Shown: in pieces, positions 13,929-28,005 of the stretch
How positions within the stretch are numbered: position 1 is the stretch's first letter
Layout: each line of letters opens with the position of its first letter
Source of the DNA: Octopus vulgaris
Lineage: Eukaryota
Direction: 5' to 3'
Assembly: GCA_951406725.2 (NCBI GenBank)
Contig: OX597828.1
Location: 12,338,001-12,402,000, forward strand
Length of the DNA: 64,000 nt
Position numbers and translations under genes: made by a program
Notes under the pieces: generated by a model
The model's database searches: none
Seen by the model: only the letters and a program-made list of their open reading frames with translations
What the model was told of the DNA's origin: nothing

Positions 13929-14214
13929 GGTAAGCACGAAAACCGTACTGAAGGTAGCAAAGTGTTCTGTTTTTGTTTTTTTTTTTCTTATTTTTCTTTC
14001 TTATCAACCTCACCTATTCTGAGGATAGACTGCTGCAAACGGTGCTTTCCTGTGCCAGCACCTGAAATTCTGGCATTCATTTCAGCCTCCCAATTAATTA
14101 TCTTTGGATTAGTTTTTATGACCATTAAATATGATGAAAAGAATATTTTCAAAATTTGAAGGAAAAACTGAAACGGCGAAATGAATTTGTCTGTCCCCAC
14201 CCACGAACACACAG

Positions 14215-14432
14215 GCACACACACACATTCGTTCATATATATATGTATGTATGTATGTATATTTGTGGATATGTATATATGTATGATTATATGTATATAT
14301 ATATATATATGCATGTATATATGTATGTATATTTATGTATATATATATGTGTATATATGCATATATATACATGCATGTATATATGTATATATATGTGTGT
14401 ATGTATGTACATATGTGTATATATGTATATAC

Positions 14433-14466
<34 letters not shown>

Positions 14467-15154
14467 TATGTGTATATGTATGTGTGTATATATGTATGTA
14501 TATATATATATATGTATGTATATATATATTATGTGTATATGTATGTATATATATATTATGTGTATATGTATGTATATATATATGTATGTATATATATATA
14601 ATGTGTATATGTATGTATATATATATATGTATGTATATATATATATAATGTGTATATGTATGTGTGTATATATGTATATATATGTATATATATATATATA
14701 TTATGTGTGTATGTGTGTATATATGTATGTATGTGTATATGTATGTGTGTATATATGTATATATATATATATATATTATGTGTATATGTATGTGTGTATA
14801 TATGTATATATATATATATATTATGTGTATATGTATGTGTGTATATATGTATATATATATCTATATTATGTGTATATGTATGTGTGTATATATGTATATA
14901 TATATCTATATTATGTGTATATGTATGTGTGTATATATGTATATATATATATATATTATGTGTATATGTATGTGTGTATATATGTATATATATATATATT
15001 ATGTGTATATGTATGTGTGTATATATGTATATATATATATATATTATGTGTATATGTATGTGTGTATATATGTATATATATATATATTATGTGTATATGT
15101 ATGTGTGTATATATGTATATATATATATATATTATGTGTATATGTATGTGTGTA

Positions 15155-15192
<38 letters not shown>

Positions 15193-15997
15193 GTGTATAT
15201 GTATGTGTGTATATATGTATATATATATATATATATATTATGTGTATATGTATGTGTGTATATATGTATATATATATATATATATATTATGTGTATATGT
15301 ATGTGTGTATATATGTATATATATATATCTATATTATGTGTATATGTATGTGTGTATATATGTATATATATATATTATGTGTATATGTATGTGTGTATAT
15401 ATGTATATATATATATTATGTGTATATGTATGTGTGTATATATGTATATATATATATATATTATGTGTATATGTATGTGTGTATATATGTTATATATATA
15501 TATATATGTATATGTATGTGTGTATATATATGTATATATATATATATATATTATGTGTATATATGTATATATATATATATATTATGTGTATTATGTATAT
15601 ATATATATATATATGTGTATATATGTATATATATATATATATATATTATGTGTATATATGTATTTTATATATATATATATTATGTGTATATATGTATATA
15701 TATATATTATGTGTATATATGTATATATATATATTATGTGTATATATGTATATATATATATATTATGTGTATATATGTATATATATATATATTATGTGTA
15801 TATATGTATATATATATATATTATGTGTATATATGTATATATATATATATTATGTGTGTATATGTATGTATATATGTGTGTATATGTATGTATATATGTG
15901 TATATATCTATATGTATATATGCGTATATATCTATATGTATATATGTGTATATATGTACCTATGTATATGTTTATATATAGGTGTGTGTGTGTGTGT
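14215..15997. repeat. compound minisatellite: core ttatgtgtatatgtatgtgtgtatatatg plus variable (TA)n
   Basis: Core repeated dozens of times, shortening to ttatgtgtatatatg after about 15550. Source of the spurious Y/I/C/M ORFs. Confidence 0.95.
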
Positions 15998-16392
15998 TAT
16001 GGGAGCGATATATAGCAGGTCTCCAATCGATGTTCGTTCATTAAATATCGTTTCGCTTGAACGAGAAATAAGATAAAAAACTTCCAAATTCCTAAATACG
16101 TGAATCATAAATGATTGGAAAGCATTGATATAATATAGTACGAAAGCGTTTAAAGTGAATCAGATATCTGTATTTTCCGGTTTCTGTAGAATTTAGCTTA
16201 ATATACTCATAGATAATTACTAAGTATGGTAATTACGCACTAAAACGATCTTTTGATCACTTTAAACGGATATAAACAAATACAAAATTATAAACAATTA
16301 TTAATAAGGAGACTAATAAATTAGCTACCCTTGTTTAATGATTGTCATCTAAGATAAGATCATTATATATTTACAATCTAATAAGTAGATAC

Positions 16393-17110
16393 ACTCTTTT
16401 ACTTGTTTCAGTCATTTGACTGTGGCCATGCTGGAGCACCGCCTTTAGTCGGGCAAATCGACCCCGGGACTTATCTTTTGTAAGGTTACTACTTATTCTA
16501 TCGGATCTCTCTTTTGCCGAACCGCTAAGTTACGGAGACGTAAACACACCAGCATTAGTTGTCAAGCGATGTTGGGGAGGGACAAACATACACACACACA
16601 CACACACACATACACATATATATATATATATATATATACACATTTTTACGACGGGCCTTTTTCAGCTTCCGTCTACCAGATCCTCTCGCAAGCCTTTGGT
16701 CGGTCCGAGGCTATAGTAGAAGACACTTTCCCATGGTTCCACGCAGTGAGACTGAACCCCGAACCATCCTTTCGTTCATCCTTTCGGTGTCGATTAAAGA
16801 AGTACCAGTTACGCACTGGGATCGATATAATCGACTTAAACGTTTGTCTGTTCTTGATTATCTTCTCTGTGTTTAGCCCCTTGTGGATAGTAAAGAAATA
16901 GGTAGTTGTGTGTGTGTGTGTGTGTTTGATAACGGGTGTTGGTTTGTTTATGTCCCCATAAACTTGCGGTTCAACAAAAGAATCCGATAGAGTAACAGAT
17001 TTAGAACTCTTTAAAATGTAATTCCTGATGTCGAATGTTTCGATTCAATCCATCACATCGGTGCTGCACCATGACCGCAATCCAAAGACTGACACAAATA
17101 AAAGAATAAA
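16393..17110. mobile_element. abutting SINEs: family B (-, 16393-16767), family C 3' half (+, 16768-16902), family B 3' half (+, 16905-17110)
   Basis: Direct similarity to intact copies at 58554 and 28006. Confidence 0.85.
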
Positions 17111-17134
17111 AAACACTAAACGCAAAAAGTTTTC

Positions 17135-18590
17135 TGTACTTGTCTGAGTGTTGGGTCCTTTGGGTGCTTGGATAAAATGCGGATGTCAACTTGACCCAGG
17201 CATATTTATATACAGGTAGATTTGTTAGTGGACTGTTATGTATATGTATGTGTGCGTGTGTATATATGTATACGTATATGAATGTGTACATGGATGTAGG
17301 GAAATGGATATGAATGTAAACAGTGTGTGTCTTGTGAAGTGAAGTGTGTGTGTGTGTGTGTATATGGTCACGTGTTTCAGTTTTCATTTGCATATGTGTG
17401 TGTATGTGTGCTTGTCTGATCATATTACTTATGTACCTATCTGTCTGTATGTCTATCTGTTTACATTCTTATACATTTCCCTACATACATTTACACATTC
17501 ATATACGTATACATTTATACACACTCACACATACATCTACATAACAGTCCACTAACTATTCTACAGATATATAACTATAAACTGTGGGTATGGGGGTATG
17601 CTTACCTACTACATATATTTCCTATTTAGTACTGGAGATGTTTCATTTACGAGGATGTCCTCCTATATTTGACCGAGTTTTGGGTCCTTTGGATGCTTGG
17701 ATAAAGTGCTGATGTCCCGTTGACCCAGGTTGCCTCCATGTAGGTCCTTGGCATATCGGATAGAGTATGAAGGACTGTTTTTATCGTCATGTTGTCTCAA
17801 ATGGTTATTTAGTCTTTCCGCAATGCTCCTAGATGTCTCTCCTAGTATGTCACGTTCATGTGTTTAAAAAGCACTTCTATGCACATTATGCTGTAGCCTA
17901 CATTTCAAGTTCTACAGTTAATACCAGGGTTAATCCTACATTCCATGCAGTTCTCATTGGTGCATATAAATTCCCAAAGGGGTTCGTCCTATATAATTGT
18001 GATCTGATGGAGCCTCCTGGCTTTTCAACGATCTTAATGTTGAATTTGGTCTCCTTCAGAGCTTTCCTAGATCTACGGGTTAGTTATCCATGGGCTGTGG
18101 TCTTTACAAACATCACTCCTTGATATTTGTCGGTTTTGTACCACGTGTTCACCATGTTTGCTTTGTCACAAGATCTTTGTATTCTATTCCAGTCTTTACT
18201 TCTATATCTAGTCCTCCATACTCTACCAATATACCAAGGACCAACATGGGTCAACGTGGGCCAACATGGGTCAACTTGACATCCGCATTTTATACAAGCA
18301 CCCAAAGGACCCAACACTCAGACAAATACAGGCGTACGTCCTCATAAATGAAGCATCTCCAGTACTAAATAGGAAATATATGTAGTAGGTAATCTTACTC
18401 CCATACCCACAGTTTATAGTTATATAAAGGTAGAATAGTTAGCGGACTGTTATGTAGTTGTGTGTGTGTTTGTACACGTATATGTATGTGCACATATATG
18501 TAGGTAAATGGATATGAATGTAAACAGACAAGCACACATACACACATACATATGCAAATGAGGGCTGAAACACATGACCATATACACACT
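17135..18590 (-). mobile_element. Penelope-like retroelement fragment with an inverted 3' duplication
   Basis: Minus strand 18200->17600 encodes 'WYKTDKYQGVMFVKTT..G...IKIVEKPG...NPF..C..C...NCRT.NV.Y.I.C...GETSRSIAERLNNH...HPKDP..QI.E...LNRK' (RT end to GIY-YIG). 17345-17777 is repeated in inverted form at 18210-18590. Confidence 0.85.
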
Positions 18591-18591
18591 T

Positions 18592-18900
18592 CCCAGACGG
18601 GTCAGTTTTTATTGAGCGAGAACACCTAAAGTTCCATGTGGCTCTGGAAGGAGAGGTGGTGAACCCCGCTGTACTCTTTCACCAAAACTTTCTCTCACTC
18701 TTTCTTCCTGTTTCTGTTGTACCTGTATTTCAAAGGACCAGCCTTGTCACACTCTGCGTCACGCTGATCTCACCGTGAACTACGTTAAGTGTGAATGCTG
18801 TGGCGGAGTGCTCAACCACTTGCACGTTAATTTTACGAGCAAGCTGTTCCGTTGATCGGAATAACTAGAACCCTCGACGTTGTAACTGACGGAGTGCCAC
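18592..18900 (+). mobile_element. SINE, 5'-truncated: body 1 + tail E
   Basis: 'gagcgagaacacctaaag...actttctctcactctttc' followed by 'cttgtcacactctg...gctgttccgttgatcg...gtaactgacggagt'. Confidence 0.8.
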
Positions 18901-19022
18901 GATATATATATATAATGGAGAAATTGTACAAAATGTATAAATGTATGATGAGTAAAGCACCGGCACAGTTTCGATTATATATATCATAAACGTAAGATGG
19001 AATATACGAGAATTTATTAATA

Positions 19023-19125
19023 ATCACGACAATTGTTTCAACACCTCTAGCATCGATCCCTCACTGGTAGGACACTAAACTGGTTCATGAGCATCCGGTA
19101 TTGCAGATGTGTCGCATCGGGTGAT
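19023..19125 (-). ncRNA. hammerhead ribozyme-like motif (type I, variant core, long stem II)
   Basis: Minus strand: stem I ATCAC/GTGAT, core CCGATGC, stem II GACAC.TCTGCA...TGC.AGA.GTGTT, GAAA, palindromic ACAATTGT, GTC site, then AATAAA. Confidence 0.55.
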
Positions 19126-19177
19126 AAACAGATACAACTCTTTAAAATAACTGTTCTGCAATGTATCTTCTCATTCG

Positions 19178-19477
19178 TTTTGTTTGTTCCTTTTCGAGCC
19201 ATGCCTGGCTCATAAGGGCCGGTTTTCCGATTTCCTTGATGTATAGGTTCCCCACCTGGACGAGACGCCGGTCCGTCGCAGGTGAGATGCAAGAGGAAAG
19301 ATTGAGAGAAAGTTGTGGCGAAAGAGTCAGCAGAATTTCGCCATTACCCTCTGCCGGATCCGCGTGGAGCTTAGGTGTTTTGCTCATAAACATACACATC
19401 ACCCACTTTGAGATTCGAAACCGCGATCCCTCGACCGCGAGTCCGCTGCTCTAACCACTAGGCCGTGTGCCTCCACA
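19178..19477 (-). mobile_element. tRNA-derived SINE, family A (body 1 + tail A)
   Basis: Full head to tail, colinear with 30162-30467. Confidence 0.9.
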
Positions 19478-19874
19478 CTAATAAATATATATATATATAT
19501 ATATGTATATATAGATAGATAGATAGATAGATAGCAGTACTCGTTTCAATTTCCCACTTTAATAGGAGATAACCTAATGGTGTTTCGGTCGTAAGGGTTT
19601 TCATTTTCAGTGTCCGGCGTTGTCGTCATCATTCTGACTTTCATATGTCCATGTACAAATATTTATATATTTTTCTAACATAGACACTGCCGAAATTTTG
19701 GAGATTGAGCGAGTTATTTAAATCGACACCAGTAGTTACCTGTTATTTAACATAACCAATTCCAAGGATGAAAGGCAAAGTTGAACTCCGTAGTCTTTGA
19801 TTGCAGAACGTTAAAACACGTAAAAGAAAAGTCCAAAAGGCATCTTGTCCGACACTTTAGTGAATTTACCATTT

Positions 19875-20209
19875 ATTATATATAAATATATTTTCTATAA
19901 ATTATTCATATATTAAGCGATATTAAGTTTATTCTATATCGACCTATATTTTACGCATATTGTCTGTAATTAAAATATATATTGATTAGATTGTTACGGC
20001 CAGAATACCTTTGTGCTTATTTCCTAACGGCTTATTGAAACGTAAGCAAAAACTTTAGAAAATCAAATGAACCATGTATTTCTATTATAAAGAATACAAA
20101 CATTGCGCCTGGAAGAATAAATTCCTGCAAAATTACCATAATTCTCTTTCAACAAATTGGACACATACAGAGTATTTTATTTCCCGGGAAACGCTGGGTA
20201 TCCTGCTAG
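19875..20209 (+). mobile_element. non-autonomous Helitron relic (3' end clear)
   Basis: 3' hairpin cccgggaaacgctggg, 7 nt spacer, CTAG at 20206-20209. The 5' boundary is uncertain. Confidence 0.5.
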
Positions 20210-21004
20210 GAATTTCAAAAATTGTTCTCCAACGCAGTAAAGCAAAAAAAAAAAAAGAAAGAAACTATGGAAATAGACTTTGTTGCTTAACCTTTCGAAA
20301 TAACTTGCTTTCAGCAATGCCTAATTGGTACTATTGATCTATTCTTCTCTGCAACAATTGAACTGTCTCGAGAAAAAAAAAACTGAAGCACGGTAAAATA
20401 AACGAATGCTATCTACGAGAAGCTAAGAACGTACTTAAACTCTTACCTATATACAGAATCCTCTTAATGTGGTAACTAATATATCTTTGTAGTTTAACTT
20501 TGAGATGGAGTCAGACAGACAACTGATATAGTTCATATCATATTTCATGTAATCGCGTGTTTTGGACTATTACAATTTATTATCTCAACATAGCGGTATA
20601 TTTTCAAAACCATCCTTACATATAATCAAGCCTGTATTACCCATCACTCATATATGTATATGTATGTATCATTATCTCTCCTTCCCTCTTTCTCTCTCTC
20701 TCTCTCCCTCGCTCCATGCGCACACACATATAATTGCTTTCAGAAAGAAGATTGATTAGAAATTCTCTCACAATGTAGACGTTTGGACTTAGAAGTGCTC
20801 AAGAGTAACTTGAGACGAAATATATAAATATGTGATGTGAAGAAACAATAGACCTGAGAATTCAATCTCTAATCACACATATTGGAGATGGATTTAAAAG
20901 ACAAATGTACATGACAGAATAAAAATATATAATTACAGACACTTTTTTTAAAAATCTATAAGTAAATGAATATATTAAAAATATATGTGTCAATAAGAGA
21001 TTTT

Positions 21005-21273
21005 AAAGAATCTTCGGATGCAGACATAAATTCTTTAAAACATGCGTGTTTAGATAAAAATATTGGAGAACATCTGATGTGGTGAGAGAAATGGAATAAA
21101 AGATACAATGGCGGATAGAATTCGGGTCCAATTTAACTAATTTTAACTATCCTGAATTTTAACTTCACTCCTCCTTGTATCTTTTATTACGTTTCCATCA
21201 CCAGTTCAGATATTCTCCAATATTTTTGCCTATACACGCATGTTTCAACGTTTTTATGTCTGCATCGGGAGGT
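21005..21273. repeat. inverted repeat (arms about 125 bp), each arm starting with a hammerhead-like motif; PLE terminus-like
   Basis: gatgcagacataaa...acatgcgtgt...aaaaatattggagaa.atctga...aataaaagatacaa on + (21005-21130) and on - (21273-21150). Confidence 0.8.
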
Positions 21274-21480
21274 TCATTACAATCTATTATTATATACTCA
21301 TATACATAAATATATATGCATATGTATATATGTATTGATACACACATACACATATATATACAGAGACACACACACACACGCACACACACACATATATATA
21401 CACGTATATATATATATGTATATATAAATATATATATATGTATATATAAATATATATATATGAAAATATAAATATATATA

Positions 21481-21516
<36 letters not shown>

Positions 21517-21530
21517 TGTATATATATATA

Positions 21531-22950
21531 CTTTGATAGGTTTCAGTCATTATTGGGCCAGGCCATGTCTAACTTAATAGCACCACCTGGTGAAGTCTTT
21601 CAAGTCAGAATTTGGGCACTATGGCCCACTCAAGTAGAGAGTTATTGTTTACAGAGACATATCCGGGTGTAGGAGGTTTATCCGGGATTTCTTGAAGGAA
21701 TCTGTCCAAAGACTTCTTGAAGCCTATAGGGTCTGTTTCTGTTTTAATGTGTTTTGGTGTAATGTTAAAGAGAGCGGGGCCAATTGAGGTGAAATAATTG
21801 TGCCGTATTGTTGTTATGAGATGAGAGTGCGATTTTTATTGTTGGCGGATGGCACGGGGCCCAAGCCTTGGATGTACCTTAAAGGTGATGCCAACATCAT
21901 TTGGGCAATGCTGATGGAATATTTTCCACATCATGCAGATGATGTAGCGCTCACATCGACGTTGGAGAGAATAAAGTTTTAGCTTTTTTAGTCGACCCCA
22001 ATAGTCGAGGCCTGTCATGCCATCTATCTTTTTTGTGATTGACCTTTGAGGTGCTTCAACTTTTATGATACTTTGTTTTGTGTGGGGAGACCACAGTGGA
22101 CAACAGTATTCAAGGTGGGGTCGGGCAAAAGTGGAGAAGAAAACGATAATGGTGTGGATATCTCTCGACTGGAAAGTTCTGAGAATCCAGGAACACATTC
22201 TGCGGGCCATGTCAACTTTGGTGTTTATATGAGTGGCCCAGCTTATGTTGTTGTCCACAATTACTCCCATGTTTCTGATGTTGGATGCCACGAGAGTTTC
22301 ACCTGAAGGAAGGGAGTATGGGAGTTTCAGGGCATCCTCTTTTCCAAAGTGGATTAACTCGAATTTATCCTCGTTCAGCAGCATATTGTTCTTTTCTGCC
22401 CATTGGATAACAGCCAGTAGATCTGACTGAAGGCATGTCCGGTCACTCGCCTCATTTATGACCTTCTGGAGCTTGAAATCATCTGCAAAGATTTTTATGT
22501 TGCTGTGCTTGATGATGTCATTAATCTCATTAATGTAGATGATGAAGAAAAGAAGTGGGCCCAGCACAGTGCCTTGTGGAACTTACTTTGGCTGGGCTTG
22601 ATTTTACTGCTTCAACTACATGTTGAGATCTGTCTGTCAGGAAACACTTGATCCATTTCAGTAACTTTCCAGAGACACCAATGTTGGATAGTTTTTTCAA
22701 TAGACTCTTGTGATCAACCCTGTCGAAGGCCTTGCTGAAATCAAGGGAGATGACATCGGTGTTGGAGCCCTCTCCCAAAGCTCTCGAAATGTCATCAAAG
22801 TGATGCAGGAGCTGCGTTAGGCAGTCCCTTCCATTACGGAACCCATGTTGGTTAGAGATCAGCCGTCTGTTGCTTTCCAGAAATTGGGTTATTCGAGATC
22901 TCACCACCCTCTCAAATACCTTGATGATATGAGAGGTGAGTGAGATCGGA
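21531..22950 (-). mobile_element. CR1-group LINE, 5'-truncated, disrupted RT
   Basis: '[14 protein letters not shown]', 'QHGFR', '[12 protein letters not shown]', 'LGPLLF', 'FADD' and 'RPHLEYC', with frameshifts. 3' UTR ends ...catggcc...gactgaaacc. Confidence 0.95.
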
Positions 22951-23866
<916 letters not shown>

Positions 23867-25028
23867 ATGTTGCTGCAATGGATCAAGTGCTTCCTCTCTA
23901 ACAGAACCCAACATGTTGTAGTCGAAGGAGTCAAATCCAGCCCAGCCAAAGTCAGCAGTGGTGTCCCACAAGGCACTGTGTTGGGCCCACTTCTCTTCAT
24001 CATCTACATAAATGATATTACTGACACCATCAAACACAGCAACATCAGAACCTTCGCTGATGATTCCAAGCTCCAGAAGGTCATCAATGGCGTGGATGAC
24101 CGAATAAACCTTCAGTCAGACCTACTAGCTGTTGTCCAATGGGCGGAAAAGAATAACATGTTGCTAAATGAAGACAAATTCGAACTGATCCACTTTGGAA
24201 GGGAGGACGCTCTGAAACTCCCATACTCTCTTCCTTCTGGAGAAATTCTCATGGCATCCAACAACATCAGAGACCTGGGAGTAACAGTGGACAACAACAT
24301 AAGCTGGGCTACACATATAAGCAGCAAAGTTGACCTGGCCCGCAGAATGTGTTCCTGGATTCTCAGAACCTTCCAGTCGAGAGATTCCCACGCTATTATC
24401 CTTCTCTTCTCCACTTTTGCCCGACCCCACCTTGAATACTGCTGTCCACTGTGGTCTCCCTACACAAAACAAAATATTATGAGAATTGAAGCTCCCCAAA
24501 GGTCAATCACAAAAAAGATAGATGGCATGTCAGACCTTGACTACTGGGGTAGACTAGAGAAGCTGAAATTGTATTCACTCCAACGACGCCGTGAACGCTA
24601 CATTATCTGTATGATGTGGAAAATATTCCATCAGCACTGTCCGAATGATGTTGGCATCACCTTCAAAATGCATCCAAGGCTTGGACCACGTGCCATCCGT
24701 CCACAACAAAAATCTAAATCGCATCACATAACGACAATACGGCACAACTATTTCACCTCAATTGGACCCACTCTCTTCAACATTACACCAGGACACGTCA
24801 AAAAAGAAACTGACCACACAAAATTCAAGAAGTCTTTGGACAAATTCCTTCAAACAGTACCGGACAAACCATCCACACCCGGATATGTCTCCGCAAACAA
24901 TAACTCTCTGCTCGAATGGGCCTTGGTGCCCAAATCCTGAACTGAAAGACTTCGCCAGGTGGTGCTATTAAGTTAGACATGGCCTGGGCCAATACTGGCC
25001 AAAAACCTTTCTAAGTTATTCTAAGTTA
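23867..25028 (+). mobile_element. CR1-group LINE, 5'-truncated, open RT C-terminal frame (23867-24940)
   Basis: 357 aa open frame with '[14 protein letters not shown]', 'FADD', 'RPHLEYC' and 'LYSLQRRRERY'. Short 3' UTR and (ttctaagtta)2 tail. Confidence 0.97.
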
Positions 25029-25344
25029 TATGTATGTATATATGAATGTATGTATGTATATATGAATGTATATATATGTATGTATGTATATATGAATGTA
25101 TATATATGTATGTATGTATATATGAATGTATATATATATATGTATGTATATATGAATGTATAAATACATATATATATATAAATATGCGTGTATTTATATA
25201 TATATATATATGTATGTATATATGAATGTATAAATATATATATATATATATATAAATATGCGTGTATTTATATATATATAAACATATATGTATATATACA
25301 TAGATACAAGCAGAGATACCCGGCGTTGCTTGGGATTAAAATGG

Positions 25345-25550
25345 CATAGCTTTGTTTTACGTGTTTTTGGTCTGAGGCCATGTTGGAGCAACATCTTTAG
25401 TCGAAGAAATCTACCACAAGATTTATTCCTTGTAATGCCAGTACTCATTCTATCGGTGTATTTTGTCAAACAGATGAGTTATGGATGCGTAAACAGAGCA
25501 AAATCCGTTGTCAACCGATGGTAGGGGTACAAACACTGACACAAACGCAC
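25345..25550 (-). mobile_element. SINE family B 3' half, next to a degenerate Helitron end (25306-25335)
   Basis: 'ggccatgttggagca' tail motif, and a cccggcgttgcttggg hairpin. Confidence 0.6.
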
Positions 25551-25633
25551 ACATACATACATATATACATATACATACATATATAAACATATATATGTAT
25601 GTATACATATATTGATACATGTATATATAAATG

Positions 25634-25683
<50 letters not shown>

Positions 25684-26048
25684 TGTATGTATATACATGT
25701 ACATGTATATATACGTGTATATATATGCATATAAGTATACCTATACATATATATACCATGTAAGTATGTATATATATATGTACATTTATAAATATATAGA
25801 TGTACATTTATAAATATATATATATGTACATTTATATATATATATATGTACATTTATATATATATATATGTACATTTATATATATATATATATGTACATT
25901 TATATATATATATATATATGTACATTTATATATATATATATATATGTACATTATATATATATATATATATGTACATTTATATATATATATATATATGTAC
26001 ATTTATATATATATATATGTACATTTATATATATATATATATATGTAC

Positions 26049-26092
<44 letters not shown>

Positions 26093-26103
26093 TTATATAT
26101 ATA

Positions 26104-26738
26104 CTAGCAGCATAGCCCGGCGTTGCCCGGGTATGTAAGGCGTCCCCTAGGCAGTCTGTGGTTTGTGTTTAATACACAAATCGGTTTGCTATGTGTGCCA
26201 CATATGATTTAATTAACCGATTTTTCCAGTAATAGAGTATCCTATTGGAATAAAAGGGGCCATATAGCTCCTTGGAGCAGACATGATGCTCGCTGTGAAA
26301 TTAAAAAAAATTCCTGCCAATTTGTGAAAGATATTGTCGAAAATATGTCATCTTGAATTTGAACGCGATTTCCCAAATTGGCATGATTTTATCGATTTTT
26401 TCTGGTGGTAAGTTATTTCATGGGAAACTAATGTCAGAATTAAGTTTCTTATGGTAACATTAAGCTTCACCATGAATTTAGTGAAAATCAATTGCAAGTT
26501 GCGAAAACTACAACAGAAAATGTGCTGCATATGAAAAGCTTAGATTCTCGACCCCATGTCGAATTTATCAATTTTTTCAGAACTGAGGGAACTTTTCAAA
26601 ATTTTCGCTGCGTTAGTTTTGAATCATGACATTGGGCTATGTGTGTGCTAAGTTTCAGCAGAATCGGTTGAAAGCCGTGGTCAGGGTAAGGGTAAAACCT
26701 GACAGACACACAGACAGACAAACTGCTGTTTATATAGA
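26104..26738 (-). mobile_element. non-autonomous Helitron
   Basis: Minus strand starts TC (tctatataaacag, then a (CTGT)n-like tract) and ends with hairpin cccgggcaacgccggg + 8 nt + CTAG. Sits in an A|T site with no TSD. Confidence 0.85.
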
Positions 26739-26766
26739 TATATATATATATATATATATGTACATT

Positions 26767-26812
<46 letters not shown>

Positions 26813-26815
<3 letters not shown>

Positions 26816-27012
26816 CTTTACTACCCACAAGGGGCTAAACATAGAGGGGACAAACAAAGAGAGACAAACGGAATGAGTCGATTATATCGACCCCAGTGCG
26901 TAACTGATACTTATTTAATCGACCCCAAATGGATGAAAGGCAAAGTCGACCTCGGTGGAATTTGAACTCAGAACGTAACGGCAGACGAAATACAGCTACG
27001 CATTTCGCCCGG
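26813..27012 (-). mobile_element. SINE family C, head truncated
   Basis: Reverse complement of 28006-28245. Confidence 0.9.
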
Positions 27013-27405
27013 TTTGAATGGCAGTTTTTAACATAATTACTAGGCAACTAAAAAAATATAAAGTTCGTATACTGGTAGAATGTGTTTATAAAACATCTTT
27101 TTCTCTTGGCTTTGTTGAGAAAATTCTGTAGTTTGTAAGATATTTGTTGTTTTTTTCTTCAATTTCTGCAATTTCAACCAATCAGTGACGTCTATTGAGT
27201 TAAAAAGCATTCTGTGCCGTATGAATATGTCCCTCGTTTAAGAAACAGATTGGGTTTATTTAAATTTGTGAAGAAAAAAAAGATACCCTCCCCCACCTCT
27301 AACCCTAAAAGAGATTGAAATGCAATAGATCGATTCTAGGGTCATAATTATGGGTGGCAATTTCATATGACACCGCTAGAAAAAACTGCCGTTCAAACCG
27401 AAATG

Positions 27406-27408
<3 letters not shown>
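27010..27408. mobile_element. MITE with terminal inverted repeats
   Basis: cggtttgaatggcagttttt ... aaaaactgccgttcaaaccg. Confidence 0.8.
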
Positions 27409-27465
<57 letters not shown>

Positions 27466-28005
27466 TTCTTTTATTCTTATTCAAGTTTTGTTGTCTGTTC
27501 AGAGTTATAATATGTATTTTTGTATGTGTGTAGAGAAAGAAAGAGACAGAGAGAGAGACACACAGGGAGAGGAAGAGAGAGTGACAAACACACAGACACC
27601 ATTTTTTTCTGTTATATGTACAGAATATTTGGATTAATTGCTTTAGCAGGAATATATTATTGAACAGCAAGTGAAGTTAGTATTGTCTGGAGATACTTCG
27701 AGAAAATAACATTTAGGCTTCAGGGATATTTGAAAATGAGAAATAGCAAACCAACATATACTCCAAGGACAGATATGGTTAATTAACTACGTAATTGGAA
27801 AACTATTATTGTTAAATACTGTTAAATACCATTAGGAAATTTTAGGAAATTTGGTCACGTGCAAACGTGTAAAAATAAACTGAGTCTAGTAGAAATCAAC
27901 ATTTCGTTTTACTAAAATTATATTTGTTTTATTGTAAAACGCACGCAAAAAACTTCGCTCATAGGAATAAGCAGATAGATAGATAAATAGATAGATAGAT
28001 AGATA

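Noticed and set aside
14460-15860. CRISPR-like repeat-spacer appearance
   Set aside because: Spacers are just (TA)n, the repeat is low complexity, there are no cas genes, and the context is eukaryotic.
14156-16076. Long ORFs rich in Y/I/C/M/V (also at 22912-24037, 25450-26138, 50841-51677 and 56956-57662)
   Set aside because: These are translations of (TA)n/(TG)n microsatellites, which lack stop codons by composition.
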